A stretch of 38,466 nt of DNA from Polyangiales bacterium. GTDB lineage: Bacteria > Myxococcota_A > Polyangia > Polyangiales > DASUME01. The stretch is from the NCBI GenBank assembly GCA_040508235.1, contig JBEVNG010000011.1, forward strand, positions 1 to 38,466, read 5' to 3'. Positions 1 to 7,997 of this stretch are shown one piece after another. The notes below the pieces were generated by a model, which saw nothing but the letters and a program-made list of their open reading frames with translations, did not search any database and had not been told where the DNA came from. The position numbers and the translations under genes were made by a program. Each line of letters begins with the position of its first letter. Position 1 is the stretch's first letter.

Positions 1-367
1 GGCGCTGGCAGATGCGCCCGGCCACCAGCGAGAGCGTCGACGCAACCTCGCCCATGATCGCGGCCGCGCCGTTGACGTCGATCAGGCGCGAGACGGCGTT
101 GCCCACCTCTTCGGCGCGGCCCTGGTCGTCGAGCGCAATCAGCTGCACCTCGCGCCCGAGCAGCCCACCCTGCGCGTTGGCTTCCTCGACCGCGATCTGC
201 GCGCCGCGCAGCGTGCTCTCGCCGAACGTCGCCATCGAGCCGGTCAGCGAGAGATAGGCGCCGATCACAATCGGACCGGTCTCATTGTCGGTACCGGAGC
301 GCTTGCGCTTGCAACCGAACGAGAGCAGCACGGCGCACGCGAGCACCAGAGCGAGGGGGCGCCTCAT
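1..367 (-). CDS. ABC transporter substrate-binding lipoprotein, branched-chain amino acid type (LivJ/LivK-like, PBP type I). This is the N-terminal fragment; the gene continues past the window start.
   Basis: It is not on the ORF track because it runs off the window. The reverse complement from ATG at 367 reads MRRPLALVLLACAVLLSFGCKRKRSGTDNETGPIVIGAYLSLTGSMATFGESTLRGAQIAVEEANAQGGLLGREVQLIALDDQGRAEEVGNAVSRLIDVNGAAAIMGEVAST... This shows a signal peptide plus Cys, and the IGAxLSLTG...GxxxAVEExN..GG..G..v.L...DDq pattern typical of Leu/Ile/Val-binding proteins. Confidence 0.8.
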   Translation of the reverse strand, partial: MRRPLALVLACAVLLSFGCKRKRSGTDNETGPIVIGAYLSLTGSMATFGESTLRGAQIAVEEANAQGGLLGREVQLIALDDQGRAEEVGNAVSRLIDVNGAAAIMGEVASTLSLVAGRICQR

Positions 368-458
368 TGAGTTGCCCTATGGCACGCTCGCGAAGCCGTT
401 ACAAGACTAGACAACCAGGGCCTAAGCACGGATTTCACGGACGTTTCTCTGGAGGGCG

Positions 459-1148
459 CTACGGCTCCACCGGCGTGAGATTCGCCGGATCGTCGACCTC
501 GGTGCGGTTCATCCTCGGGTCGACGCGCCACACGCGCAACTCTTCGGCCGACGGCACCAACAGCGCCTTGAGCTGCTCGCGCGAGCTCTCCTCTTCACCG
601 AGCCAGCGCGCGAACGCGTCCGGCTCCAGGATCGCGGGCATGCGGTCGTGCACCGCCTTCAACGTCGGGTTCGCGTCGACGGTGATGATCGCGACCGTGC
701 GCAGCCACTCGCCCGTCGCCGGATCCATCCAGTTTTCCCAGATGCCGGCCAGCGCGAGCGGCTGCCCGTCTTCGCGCTGGATCGCCCAGGGCAGCTTCTG
801 CTTGCCCTGCCTGGTCCACTCGTAGAAGCCGTGCACCGGGATCAAGCAGCGCCGCTTGGCGAACGCAGCGCGGTAGTTGGGAGCGCGGTCGACCGTCTCC
901 GCGCGCGCATTGATCGACTTGTAGGCGCCCTTCTTGTCCGGCGCGAAGTGCGGGATCAGCCCCCAGTGCAGCGCGTCCAGGGAGCGACCGGCTCGGTCGG
1001 GGCGCGCGCGGATGACCAGGATGTCCTGGCCCGGGCCGACGTTGTAGCGCGGACGGGTCGCTTCCTCGCTAACCGCCGCCGACGACTCGGCCTGGAAGTA
1101 CTCGTGCAGATCCTCCTCGAGGATGTCCTGAAAGAAGCGGCCACACAT
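459..1148 (-). CDS. SOS response-associated peptidase (SRAP / YedK / HMCES family)
   Basis: Track ORF 459..1328 was trimmed to the internal ATG at 1148, so the protein begins MCGRF. The catalytic Cys must be residue 2 in this family. The result is 229 aa, the typical size. A purine-rich GGAAGGA lies about 11 nt upstream. Confidence 0.9.
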   Translation of the reverse strand: MCGRFFQDILEEDLHEYFQAESSAAVSEEATRPRYNVGPGQDILVIRARPDRAGRSLDALHWGLIPHFAPDKKGAYKSINARAETVDRAPNYRAAFAKRRCLIPVHGFYEWTRQGKQKLPWAIQREDGQPLALAGIWENWMDPATGEWLRTVAIITVDANPTLKAVHDRMPAILEPDAFARWLGEEESSREQLKALLVPSAEELRVWRVDPRMNRTEVDDPANLTPVEP

Positions 1149-1333
1149 GTTCGTGCTGATCCTTCCATTGATCAGGTGCGCCCGATGTTCGGAGGCGCCG
1201 CCTTGTCCCACCCGGTCGGACCGGTCAGTAGTTGGACCCGTTCGGACAAGTATTTCGAGCCGGAACGGACACGGATGCTCGCAGCGGCGTCCATTGGTTA
1301 GGTGTGAATACCCCGCAGTCAGGGACACCTTCG

Positions 1334-2650
1334 ATGCGCAATTCTTTCTTTGCTTTGGCCCTCCTGGTCGCGGCCTGTGGCAGTGACGGCTCGAACGACG
1401 AGCCTACCCTGGGCAGCGACGCGGATCTCACCGGCATGCCGTGCGAGGTGAAGACCATCCTCGACAGCAAGTGCGGCACCTGCCACGGCGACACGCCCAG
1501 CGGCGGCGCGCCGGTGTCGCTCAGCGAGCTGTCGGCCTTCCAGGGCAAGGCGCTCAATGGTGAGGCGATGTACAAGCGCGTGCTGGAGCGCCTGGCCGAC
1601 ACCAAGGCGCCGATGCCGCCGGTGTCGCGCGAGCAGCTCAGCGAGGCCGAGAAGAAGACGCTCGGCGACTGGCTCAACGCCAAGGCGCCTGCCAGCGAAC
1701 AGACCTGCAACGACGACAAGTCGACGCCGGACGCGGGCGCGCTGCCCGACACGGTCCCGGACTCCGAGTGTGAGGTGATCATCGAGCTGCGTGCGCACCA
1801 GAGCCAGACGCTCGACGACGCCACCGGCTACACGCCGCCGTCGGCCGACGATCACTACGAGTGCTTCCACTTCCCGGTGCCCTGGCTCAACAAGATGCAG
1901 GTGCTGAAGATCGAGCCGCTGATCGGCGACCAGCGCGTGCTGCATCACTTCCTGCTCTACCAAGATCCCAAGAAGGTCGCCGAGGACGGCGCCCACGAGA
2001 AGTGCCTCGGCGTGCACCCGGATGCCTCGCTGCTGACGGGCTGGGCGCCCGGTGGCCAGCCGGTCTCGCTGCCCAGCGACGTCGGCCTGCAGGTGGCGCA
2101 GGGTCCCGAGGCGCAGTTCAACCTGGAGATCCACTACAACAACCAGGCGCGCTACCCGGACATCAAGGACAACAGCGGCGTGCGCATCTGCGCGACCAGC
2201 AAGCTGCGCAAGAACGAGGCGTCGTCGCACTGGCTCGGCAGCGAGCTGATCTTGTTGCCTCCCGGGCAGCAGACCGATGTGCAGTCCTGGTGCCAGCCTC
2301 AGAAAGAGGCGCACATCATCAGCGTGTCGCCGCACATGCACAAGCTCGGTCGCCACATGAAGACGATCATCACGCGCAAGGACGGCACGCTGGAGACGCT
2401 CAACGACCGGCCGTTCGACTTCAACGATCAGCAGATCTATCCGGTCGGTGGCGCCGCGCGTGAGGTGGTGGTCGGACCAGGCGACATGCTGACCACGACC
2501 TGCACCTTCCAGAACGAGGGCACCAACTTCGTCAGGTTCGGCGAAAGTACAAACATGGAGATGTGTTACAACTTCGTGGTCGCCTGGCCCGCGGGCTCTC
2601 TGGACACGGGTGGCACCCTGCTCGAGGGTCCCAACCGCTGCCAGAAGTAG
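1334..2650 (+). CDS. Lipoprotein with an N-terminal CxxCH (planctomycete cytochrome c-like) module and a copper type II (PHM/DBH-like) monooxygenase core, paralog A
   Basis: Track ORF 1232..2650 was trimmed to ATG 1334, giving MRNSFFALALLVAAC-GS (signal peptide plus lipobox). CGTCH occupies residues 47-51, followed by APMPP...LSEAEKKTLGDWL. The copper-site motifs are VLHHFLLY, NLEIHYNN, SPHMHKLG and NMEMCYNF, which match the PHM HH / H / HxH / M ligand pattern. Confidence 0.85.
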   Translation: MRNSFFALALLVAACGSDGSNDEPTLGSDADLTGMPCEVKTILDSKCGTCHGDTPSGGAPVSLSELSAFQGKALNGEAMYKRVLERLADTKAPMPPVSREQLSEAEKKTLGDWLNAKAPASEQTCNDDKSTPDAGALPDTVPDSECEVIIELRAHQSQTLDDATGYTPPSADDHYECFHFPVPWLNKMQVLKIEPLIGDQRVLHHFLLYQDPKKVAEDGAHEKCLGVHPDASLLTGWAPGGQPVSLPSDVGLQVAQGPEAQFNLEIHYNNQARYPDIKDNSGVRICATSKLRKNEASSHWLGSELILLPPGQQTDVQSWCQPQKEAHIISVSPHMHKLGRHMKTIITRKDGTLETLNDRPFDFNDQQIYPVGGAAREVVVGPGDMLTTTCTFQNEGTNFVRFGESTNMEMCYNFVVAWPAGSLDTGGTLLEGPNRCQK

Positions 2651-2687
2651 CGTTGCCTCGGGGCGCCTCGCGCTCCAAGGTTCGCGG

Positions 2688-4001
2688 ATGAGACGCTTGA
2701 TCGGCCTCCGCGACTTCGTCCACGACGTGATCGAGAAGACGACCGACCTGGTCGAGGAGACGCACGAAGCGGCGGCCAAGAAGCCCGTCGACGCGCTCTC
2801 CTCGCTCGGTCTCGAGGCGCCCGCTCGCGCCGTCGACTCGCCGCGCGCGTTGATCGCCAAGCTCGTGTTCGACAGCATCCGCGCCACCAACCGCACCGTG
2901 CAGGCGGTCAGCGACGTGGGCGTGGCGATCGCCAAGCAGGTGGTCCCCGAGCAAGACGAGATCAGCGCGGCCAGCAAGCCCAAGGGCCAGCTGGAGGCGT
3001 GGATCGACGTCGCCGAGAGCGCCCTGAACGCGGTCGCGGGCGACTTCCTGGCGGCGCGGGAGAACGGCCTGTCGATCACCGCGCAGCTGCGTCACCAGGG
3101 CCATCCGCTGACGCTGACGCGCGAGCACCTCGCCACCGTGCTGCCGGATGCGACCGCGAAGATCTGCGTGTTCGTGCATGGCCTCGGCTGCTCGGACTCC
3201 GTGTGGCTGGCTCAGGAGCCCGTCGAGGGCGCGCAGCCGGAGCTCGACTTCGGCAGCAGCGTGCGGCGCGAGCTCGGCTACACGCCGATCTACTTCCGCT
3301 ACAACACCGGCCTGCACATCTCGCAGAACGGTCGCGCGCTGGCTGGCCTGATCGAGGAGTTGATCGCCAGCTATCCGGTGCCCGTCGAGGAGCTGGCGCT
3401 GATCGGCCACAGCATGGGCGGCCTGGTCGTACGCAGCGCGGCGCACTACGCGGACGAGCTCGAGCTCGGCTGGAAGCTCAAGCTGCGTCACGTGCTCTGC
3501 ATCGGCTCGCCCCACTTCGGCGCGCCGCTGGAGCGCGCGGGCAACGTGCTCACCAGCGTGCTGGCGTACTTCGACACCGCGGGCACGCAGGTGCCGGCCA
3601 AGGTGTTCAACGCGCGTAGCGCCGGCATCAAGGACCTGCGCTACGGCTCGGTGCGCGACGAGGACTGGAAGGACCAGGACGCGGACGCGTTCCTCACCGA
3701 CACCAGCCAGCACGCGGCGTTCGTGGATGGCGTGTCGTACGGCTACATCGCGGCACGTTTGCAGCCTGCGGCCGGCTTCGTGGCCGAGCTGGTGGGCGAT
3801 CTGCTGGTGCAGCTCCCCAGTGCATCCGGCCAGCACAAGGACCCGACGCGGGTGCTGCCATTCCAGATGGGGCACGTGCTCGACGGCGTGAACCACGTGG
3901 CATTGCCCACCAATCCCGCGGTTTACCAGCAGGTGGTGCGCTTCCTGAGCGAGTGCAAGCCGAGCCCCGCCGCGGTGCTCGCGAGCCAGGCCGAGGGGTA
4001 G
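2688..4001 (+). CDS. Alpha/beta hydrolase (lipase/esterase-like) with an N-terminal extension of about 170 aa
   Basis: Track ORF 2610..4001 was trimmed to ATG 2688 (MRRLIGLRDF). It has the nucleophile elbow LIGHSMGGLV (GxSxG) and FVHGLGCSDSVW upstream. GC3 is high throughout. Confidence 0.85.
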   Translation: MRRLIGLRDFVHDVIEKTTDLVEETHEAAAKKPVDALSSLGLEAPARAVDSPRALIAKLVFDSIRATNRTVQAVSDVGVAIAKQVVPEQDEISAASKPKGQLEAWIDVAESALNAVAGDFLAARENGLSITAQLRHQGHPLTLTREHLATVLPDATAKICVFVHGLGCSDSVWLAQEPVEGAQPELDFGSSVRRELGYTPIYFRYNTGLHISQNGRALAGLIEELIASYPVPVEELALIGHSMGGLVVRSAAHYADELELGWKLKLRHVLCIGSPHFGAPLERAGNVLTSVLAYFDTAGTQVPAKVFNARSAGIKDLRYGSVRDEDWKDQDADAFLTDTSQHAAFVDGVSYGYIAARLQPAAGFVAELVGDLLVQLPSASGQHKDPTRVLPFQMGHVLDGVNHVALPTNPAVYQQVVRFLSECKPSPAAVLASQAEG

Positions 4002-4021
4002 CCGGCGCCGGTTCGGCGTGA

Positions 4022-4038
4022 CTGGCACGCCGGCTGCT
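4022..4038 (+). promoter_or_regulatory. Sigma54 (-24/-12) promoter candidate upstream of ypfJ
   Basis: CTGGCACGCCGGCTGCT compared with the consensus YTGGCACGrNNNTTGCW has a single mismatch in the -12 TTGC and a pyrimidine at the loosely conserved r. It lies in the 50-bp gap before ATG 4052. Confidence 0.4.
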
Positions 4039-4051
4039 GTAGAACCTCACC

Positions 4052-4918
4052 ATGAAGTGGATCCCTGGATATCGCAGTGACGACGTCGAGGATCGCCGAG
4101 GCCAAGGCGGCGGTGGCTTCAGCTCCGGCGGCGTCGGCATGCTGTTCACGCTGTTCAAGCTGTTCGGCTTGCCGGGCGTGCTGATCGGCGGCGCCATCAT
4201 GTTCTTCGGCAGCGGCCTGCTCAGCAGCGGTGGCTCCGAGTCGCGCGCCGTGCCGCGTGAAGGCGCGCAGGCCGCGCAGCCCGGCGACGGCAGCGACTTC
4301 GTGGCCTATGTGTTCGACGATGTGCAGAAGACCTGGCAAGGCGTGTTCAGCGAGCACAACGAGCGCTACCAGGGCGCCAAGCTGATCCTGTTCAGCGATG
4401 CCACGCGCACCGGCTGCGGCACGGGTCAGGCGGTGATGGGTCCGTTCTACTGTCCGCTCGACACGCGCGTGTACATCGACCTGAGCTTCTACCAGGAGCT
4501 CAAGCAGCGGTTCGGCGCGCCGGGCGACTTCGCGCAGGCGTACGTGATCGCGCACGAGGTCGGCCACCACGTGCAGCACTTGCTCGGCTACGACGAGAAG
4601 GTGCAGCGCGCGGCCAAGGCGCAGCAGACCGGCGCGGATGCGCTGTCGGTGCGCCTGGAGCTGCAGGCCGACTGCTTCGCCGGACTGTGGGCCAAGGCGT
4701 CCGCTCGCCGCGATCAGCTCGACCCCGGAGACATCGACGAAGCGCTGACCGCGGCGCAGGCGATCGGCGACGACAAGCTGCAGAAGCAGGGCCAGGGCCG
4801 CGTCACGCCGGAGACCTGGACGCACGGCTCGTCGGCGCAGCGAGCGCGCTGGTTCAAGCGCGGCTACGAGCTCGGCACCATCGACGGCTGCGACACCTTC
4901 ACCGCCAGCAAGCTCTGA
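4052..4918 (+). CDS. ypfJ: YpfJ-family putative neutral zinc metallopeptidase (membrane-anchored)
   Basis: The N-terminus MKWIPGYRSDDVEDRRGQGGGG is followed by one hydrophobic helix. It has the HExxH motif in VIAHEVGHHVQ. The overall layout matches E. coli YpfJ-like proteins. Confidence 0.9.
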   Translation: MKWIPGYRSDDVEDRRGQGGGGFSSGGVGMLFTLFKLFGLPGVLIGGAIMFFGSGLLSSGGSESRAVPREGAQAAQPGDGSDFVAYVFDDVQKTWQGVFSEHNERYQGAKLILFSDATRTGCGTGQAVMGPFYCPLDTRVYIDLSFYQELKQRFGAPGDFAQAYVIAHEVGHHVQHLLGYDEKVQRAAKAQQTGADALSVRLELQADCFAGLWAKASARRDQLDPGDIDEALTAAQAIGDDKLQKQGQGRVTPETWTHGSSAQRARWFKRGYELGTIDGCDTFTASKL

Positions 4919-4919
4919 T

Positions 4920-6323
4920 TCACAGCGACAGGGCGCTCGGGAACGTCGACGCGCGCGTGTGGCGGGTGGGCACGACCGCGAACGGGTGCTGCATGCCGAG
5001 CGTGACCATCGGACGCGGGCGCACCGGGAAGTGCGGCGTCGCGCGGATGTCGAAGCGCTGTGCCATCGCTGCCAGGATCACGCGCGCCTCGGTGAGCGCG
5101 AACGTGTTGCCGATGCACATGTGCACGCCGCCGCCGAACGGCAGGTACGCGCCCTCCGGCACGCTCTGCGCACGCTCGGCGCGGAAGCGCTCCGGATCGA
5201 AGCGCACCGGGTTGGCGAACCAGCGCGGATCACGCTGCGTCACCCAGGTACTCCACACCACCTCGGTGCCCGCCGGCACGTGGAAGCCGCCGAGCTCCGT
5301 GTCCTGCGCGTTCACGCGGTCGGCGAACCACGCCGGCGGGTAGAGGCGCAGCGTCTCGCGCACCACGCGGTCGGTCAGCGTCAGCCGCGGCAGATCGTCG
5401 AAGCCCACCTCGCGCTCGCCGAGCGTGCCGCGCACCTCCTGCGTCAGCGCGTCGAGCAGCGTGGGGTTCTGCGTCAGCAGGTACCAGGCCCAGGTCATGG
5501 TGTGCGCGGTGGTGTCGTGGCCCGCGAGCAGCATGGTCAGCGTCTCCGCGCCGATGTCCTGGTCGGTGAGCGCGCTGCCGTCCTCGTCGCGCGCGCTGAT
5601 CAACATCGACAGCAAGTCGCCGCGATCCTCGCCCGAGGCGCGACGCTCGCGCACGATGTCGCGCACGATCTGGTGCAGCTCCGCGATCGCGGCCCGCGCG
5701 CGCTTGCCGTAGTACACGCCCTGCTCGATGCGCACGAGGCGCGACAGCATGGTGGTGGGCATGATCCACGGCATCGCGGTCTGCAGCGCCGCGTCCACTC
5801 GCTCGGCCTCGTGGCCGGTGTCGGTGTTGAACAGCGACCGCGAGACGATCGAGAACGTCAGCCGCATCATCGCTTCGCGCAGGTCGCGCTCCTGACCGCT
5901 CTGCCAGCTCTCCAGCATGCGGTAGGTCTCGTGGGCCATGATGTCGACGTAGCGCTTGATGCGCTCGCGATGGAACGCGGGCGCCATCAGCCGGCGGTGG
6001 CGCAGGTGCTGCGAGCCCTCCAGCGAGAGCAGGCCGATGCCGGCCAGCGTGCCCAGCGCCTTGCGCGTGCTCTGCGTGCGCTCGAAGGTTCGGTCGCGCA
6101 CCACGCGGTCGATCAACGCCGGATCGCTGATCAAGATCGAAGGTTGCAGCCCGACGCGAAAAGCGACGACATCGCCGTAATCGCGCTGCAGCTTGGTCAA
6201 GAACGCGAGCGGATCGGCCAGGAACGCGGGCAGATGTCCGAGCCAGGGCAGCGCGCGGGGGCCAGGCGGTAAACTCAGCTCGCTCTTATCCACAATTGAC
6301 GACCTCCCACGCGGCGGATACAT
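4920..6323 (-). CDS. Cytochrome P450
   Basis: It has the I-helix LLAGHDTT, ExxR in ETLRLYPP and the heme-thiolate loop FGGGVHMCIGNTFA. The start is ambiguous. ATG 6323 lies only 8 bp from the divergent ATG at 6332. An in-frame GTG at 6293 has GGGAGG 9-10 nt upstream and would keep the PPGP N-terminus. Confidence 0.9.
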   Translation of the reverse strand: MYPPRGRSSIVDKSELSLPPGPRALPWLGHLPAFLADPLAFLTKLQRDYGDVVAFRVGLQPSILISDPALIDRVVRDRTFERTQSTRKALGTLAGIGLLSLEGSQHLRHRRLMAPAFHRERIKRYVDIMAHETYRMLESWQSGQERDLREAMMRLTFSIVSRSLFNTDTGHEAERVDAALQTAMPWIMPTTMLSRLVRIEQGVYYGKRARAAIAELHQIVRDIVRERRASGEDRGDLLSMLISARDEDGSALTDQDIGAETLTMLLAGHDTTAHTMTWAWYLLTQNPTLLDALTQEVRGTLGEREVGFDDLPRLTLTDRVVRETLRLYPPAWFADRVNAQDTELGGFHVPAGTEVVWSTWVTQRDPRWFANPVRFDPERFRAERAQSVPEGAYLPFGGGVHMCIGNTFALTEARVILAAMAQRFDIRATPHFPVRPRPMVTLGMQHPFAVVPTRHTRASTFPSALSL

Positions 6324-6324
6324 G
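6296..6324 (+). promoter_or_regulatory. Sigma70-type promoter candidate for monooxygenase paralog B
   Basis: TTGACG is at 6296-6301, followed by a 17-nt spacer and TACATG at 6319-6324. Seven nt later is ATG 6332. Confidence 0.35.
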
Positions 6325-6331
6325 ACTCAGG

Positions 6332-7816
6332 ATGCGTAGAGTCTACTTGTCTTTGCTCGCCTTGAGCGCGCTGTCCTGCAACGAGGATCCGACGCCCGTG
6401 GGCGACATGAGTCCACGGAACACCCCGGACGCGGGCCACGCAGACGCGGGCTCGAGCACCGACAGCAAGCGCGATGGCGGCAAAGCGGACGCCCCCTCGG
6501 CCGCTGCGGACAGCAGCGTCGAGGTCGACGAGGCGCCGATCAGCGAGCAGGACGCCGGCGGCGGCGGCGCCTCGGACAGCGGCCTGCCCTGCGCGGTGCA
6601 GAGCGTGCTCGCGGAGCGCTGCTGGACCTGCCACGACCAGGTGCCGCAGTTCGGCGCGCCGGTGTCTCTGAGCAACTTCGAGCAGCTGCACGCGCAGTCG
6701 CCGCGCGCCAAGGTGCCTTACTATCAGGCGGTCGCGGACCGCATCCAGCCGGGCGAGCTGCCCGCGATGCCCCCCGCCGGACAGCCGCCGCTGAGCGCGG
6801 AACAGCGGGCCACGCTGCTCGACTGGATCGCGGCGGGCGCACCGGCCGGAGAAGCATGCGCCGTGGAGCCTCCGCCCGTGACGGGTGTGGACGCGGGCGT
6901 GGAGCCTCCGCCCGCGGAGAGCGACTGCGACGTGAGCTTCGAGCTACGCGGCACCGACTTCAAGGGCGGCGCGTACCCCGTACCGATGGCCGACGACCAC
7001 TACGAGTGCTTCTACTTCAAGGCGAACATCGAGCCCGGCACGCTGGCCACGCGCCTGACGCCGCTGCTCGACAAGACCAACGTGCTGCACCACTGGCTCC
7101 TGTTCGCGGCCGACAACGAGAACGAGGCGCCGTCCGGCACGCACGCACCGTGCAGCGGCATTCACCCGGGCGCCGCGCTGGCCGCCGCCTGGTTGCCGGG
7201 CACGCCCGAGCTGGTGATGCCCGATGACGTCGGCATGGAGCTGCCCAGTGGTCCGACCGCGCAGTTCATCCTCGAGAACCACTACAACAACATCCCGCGC
7301 TACGAGAACCTCAAGGACGACAGCGGCGTGAAGGTGTGCGCCACCAAGAAGCCCAAGGCGCAGCACGCGGCCATCCACTGGCTCGGCTCGGAGCTGATCT
7401 CGATCCCGCCGGGTGGCAGCGGCTCCGCGAGCGGGACGTGCACGCCCAAGCCGGATGGTCCGGTGCACATCCTCGGCGTGGTGCCGCACATGCACAAGCT
7501 CGGCTCGTACGTGAACATGACCATCCTGCGCGCGAACGGGAGCACCGAGACGCTGCACGACGGCGCGTTCGAGTTCGAGAGCCAGGGCTACTACGCCAAG
7601 GACATCGTGCTGCAGCCGGGCGACCGCGTGACCACCAAGTGCGACTACAAGAACACGTACACACGCACGGTCACGCTGGGCGAACGGACCGGCGACGAGA
7701 TGTGTTACATGTTCACGCTCGCCTACCCGGTCGGCCGCATGAACACCGGCGGCAACTACCTCAACCCGTTCACCGGGCAGCCGTTCATCCAGGGACCGAA
7801 TCGCTGCATGCGATAA
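6332..7816 (+). CDS. Lipoprotein with an N-terminal CxxCH module and a copper type II (PHM/DBH-like) monooxygenase core, paralog B
   Basis: It begins MRRVYLSLLALSALSC (signal peptide plus Cys), then an Asp/Ala/Ser-rich linker. CWTCH occupies residues 97-101, followed by LPAMPP...LSAEQRATLLDWI. The copper motifs are VLHHWLLF, ILENHYNN, VPHMHKLG and GDEMCYMF. Both paralogs end GPNRC. Identity to paralog A is roughly 40-50% by eye. Confidence 0.85.
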   Translation: MRRVYLSLLALSALSCNEDPTPVGDMSPRNTPDAGHADAGSSTDSKRDGGKADAPSAAADSSVEVDEAPISEQDAGGGGASDSGLPCAVQSVLAERCWTCHDQVPQFGAPVSLSNFEQLHAQSPRAKVPYYQAVADRIQPGELPAMPPAGQPPLSAEQRATLLDWIAAGAPAGEACAVEPPPVTGVDAGVEPPPAESDCDVSFELRGTDFKGGAYPVPMADDHYECFYFKANIEPGTLATRLTPLLDKTNVLHHWLLFAADNENEAPSGTHAPCSGIHPGAALAAAWLPGTPELVMPDDVGMELPSGPTAQFILENHYNNIPRYENLKDDSGVKVCATKKPKAQHAAIHWLGSELISIPPGGSGSASGTCTPKPDGPVHILGVVPHMHKLGSYVNMTILRANGSTETLHDGAFEFESQGYYAKDIVLQPGDRVTTKCDYKNTYTRTVTLGERTGDEMCYMFTLAYPVGRMNTGGNYLNPFTGQPFIQGPNRCMR

Positions 7817-7997
7817 ACAAGCAACGCCTGGAGCGCGATCCACGCCGCGATCCACCACCGCTTTCTGCGGTGCGTGTCACGGACAAAAGTCCGCTCCGCG
7901 CGCTCCTCGAAACCGGCGGGCGCCTCACGACGCGCCTCACGCCCCATCCGTCCCTGTTTCGCGAGTTGGCGCGAGTGGGTTCGCTATCGGCAGGGAC

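Noticed and set aside
381-397. TGGCAC hexamer (TGGCACGCTCGCGAAGC) between the binding-protein and SRAP genes
   Set aside because: The -12 position reads CGAA rather than TTGC. The element also points toward the 3' end of a convergent gene, so there is nothing for it to transcribe.
1149-1333. LexA/SOS operator upstream of the SRAP gene
   Set aside because: GTTCGGA-type half-sites occur twice, but neither the myxobacterial CTRHAMRYBYGTTCAGS pattern nor the CTGT-N8-ACAG pattern is matched.
1319-4028. 586-aa and 498-aa minus-strand ORFs (1319-3079, 2532-4028)
   Set aside because: They are antisense to monooxygenase A and the alpha/beta hydrolase, and their translations are low-complexity.
7856-7893. 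Two small hairpins after monooxygenase B (CACCGC-TTTCT-GCGGTG and CGGAC-AAAA-GTCCG) as terminators
   Set aside because: The stems are only 5-6 bp with no following T-tract. That is too weak to call.
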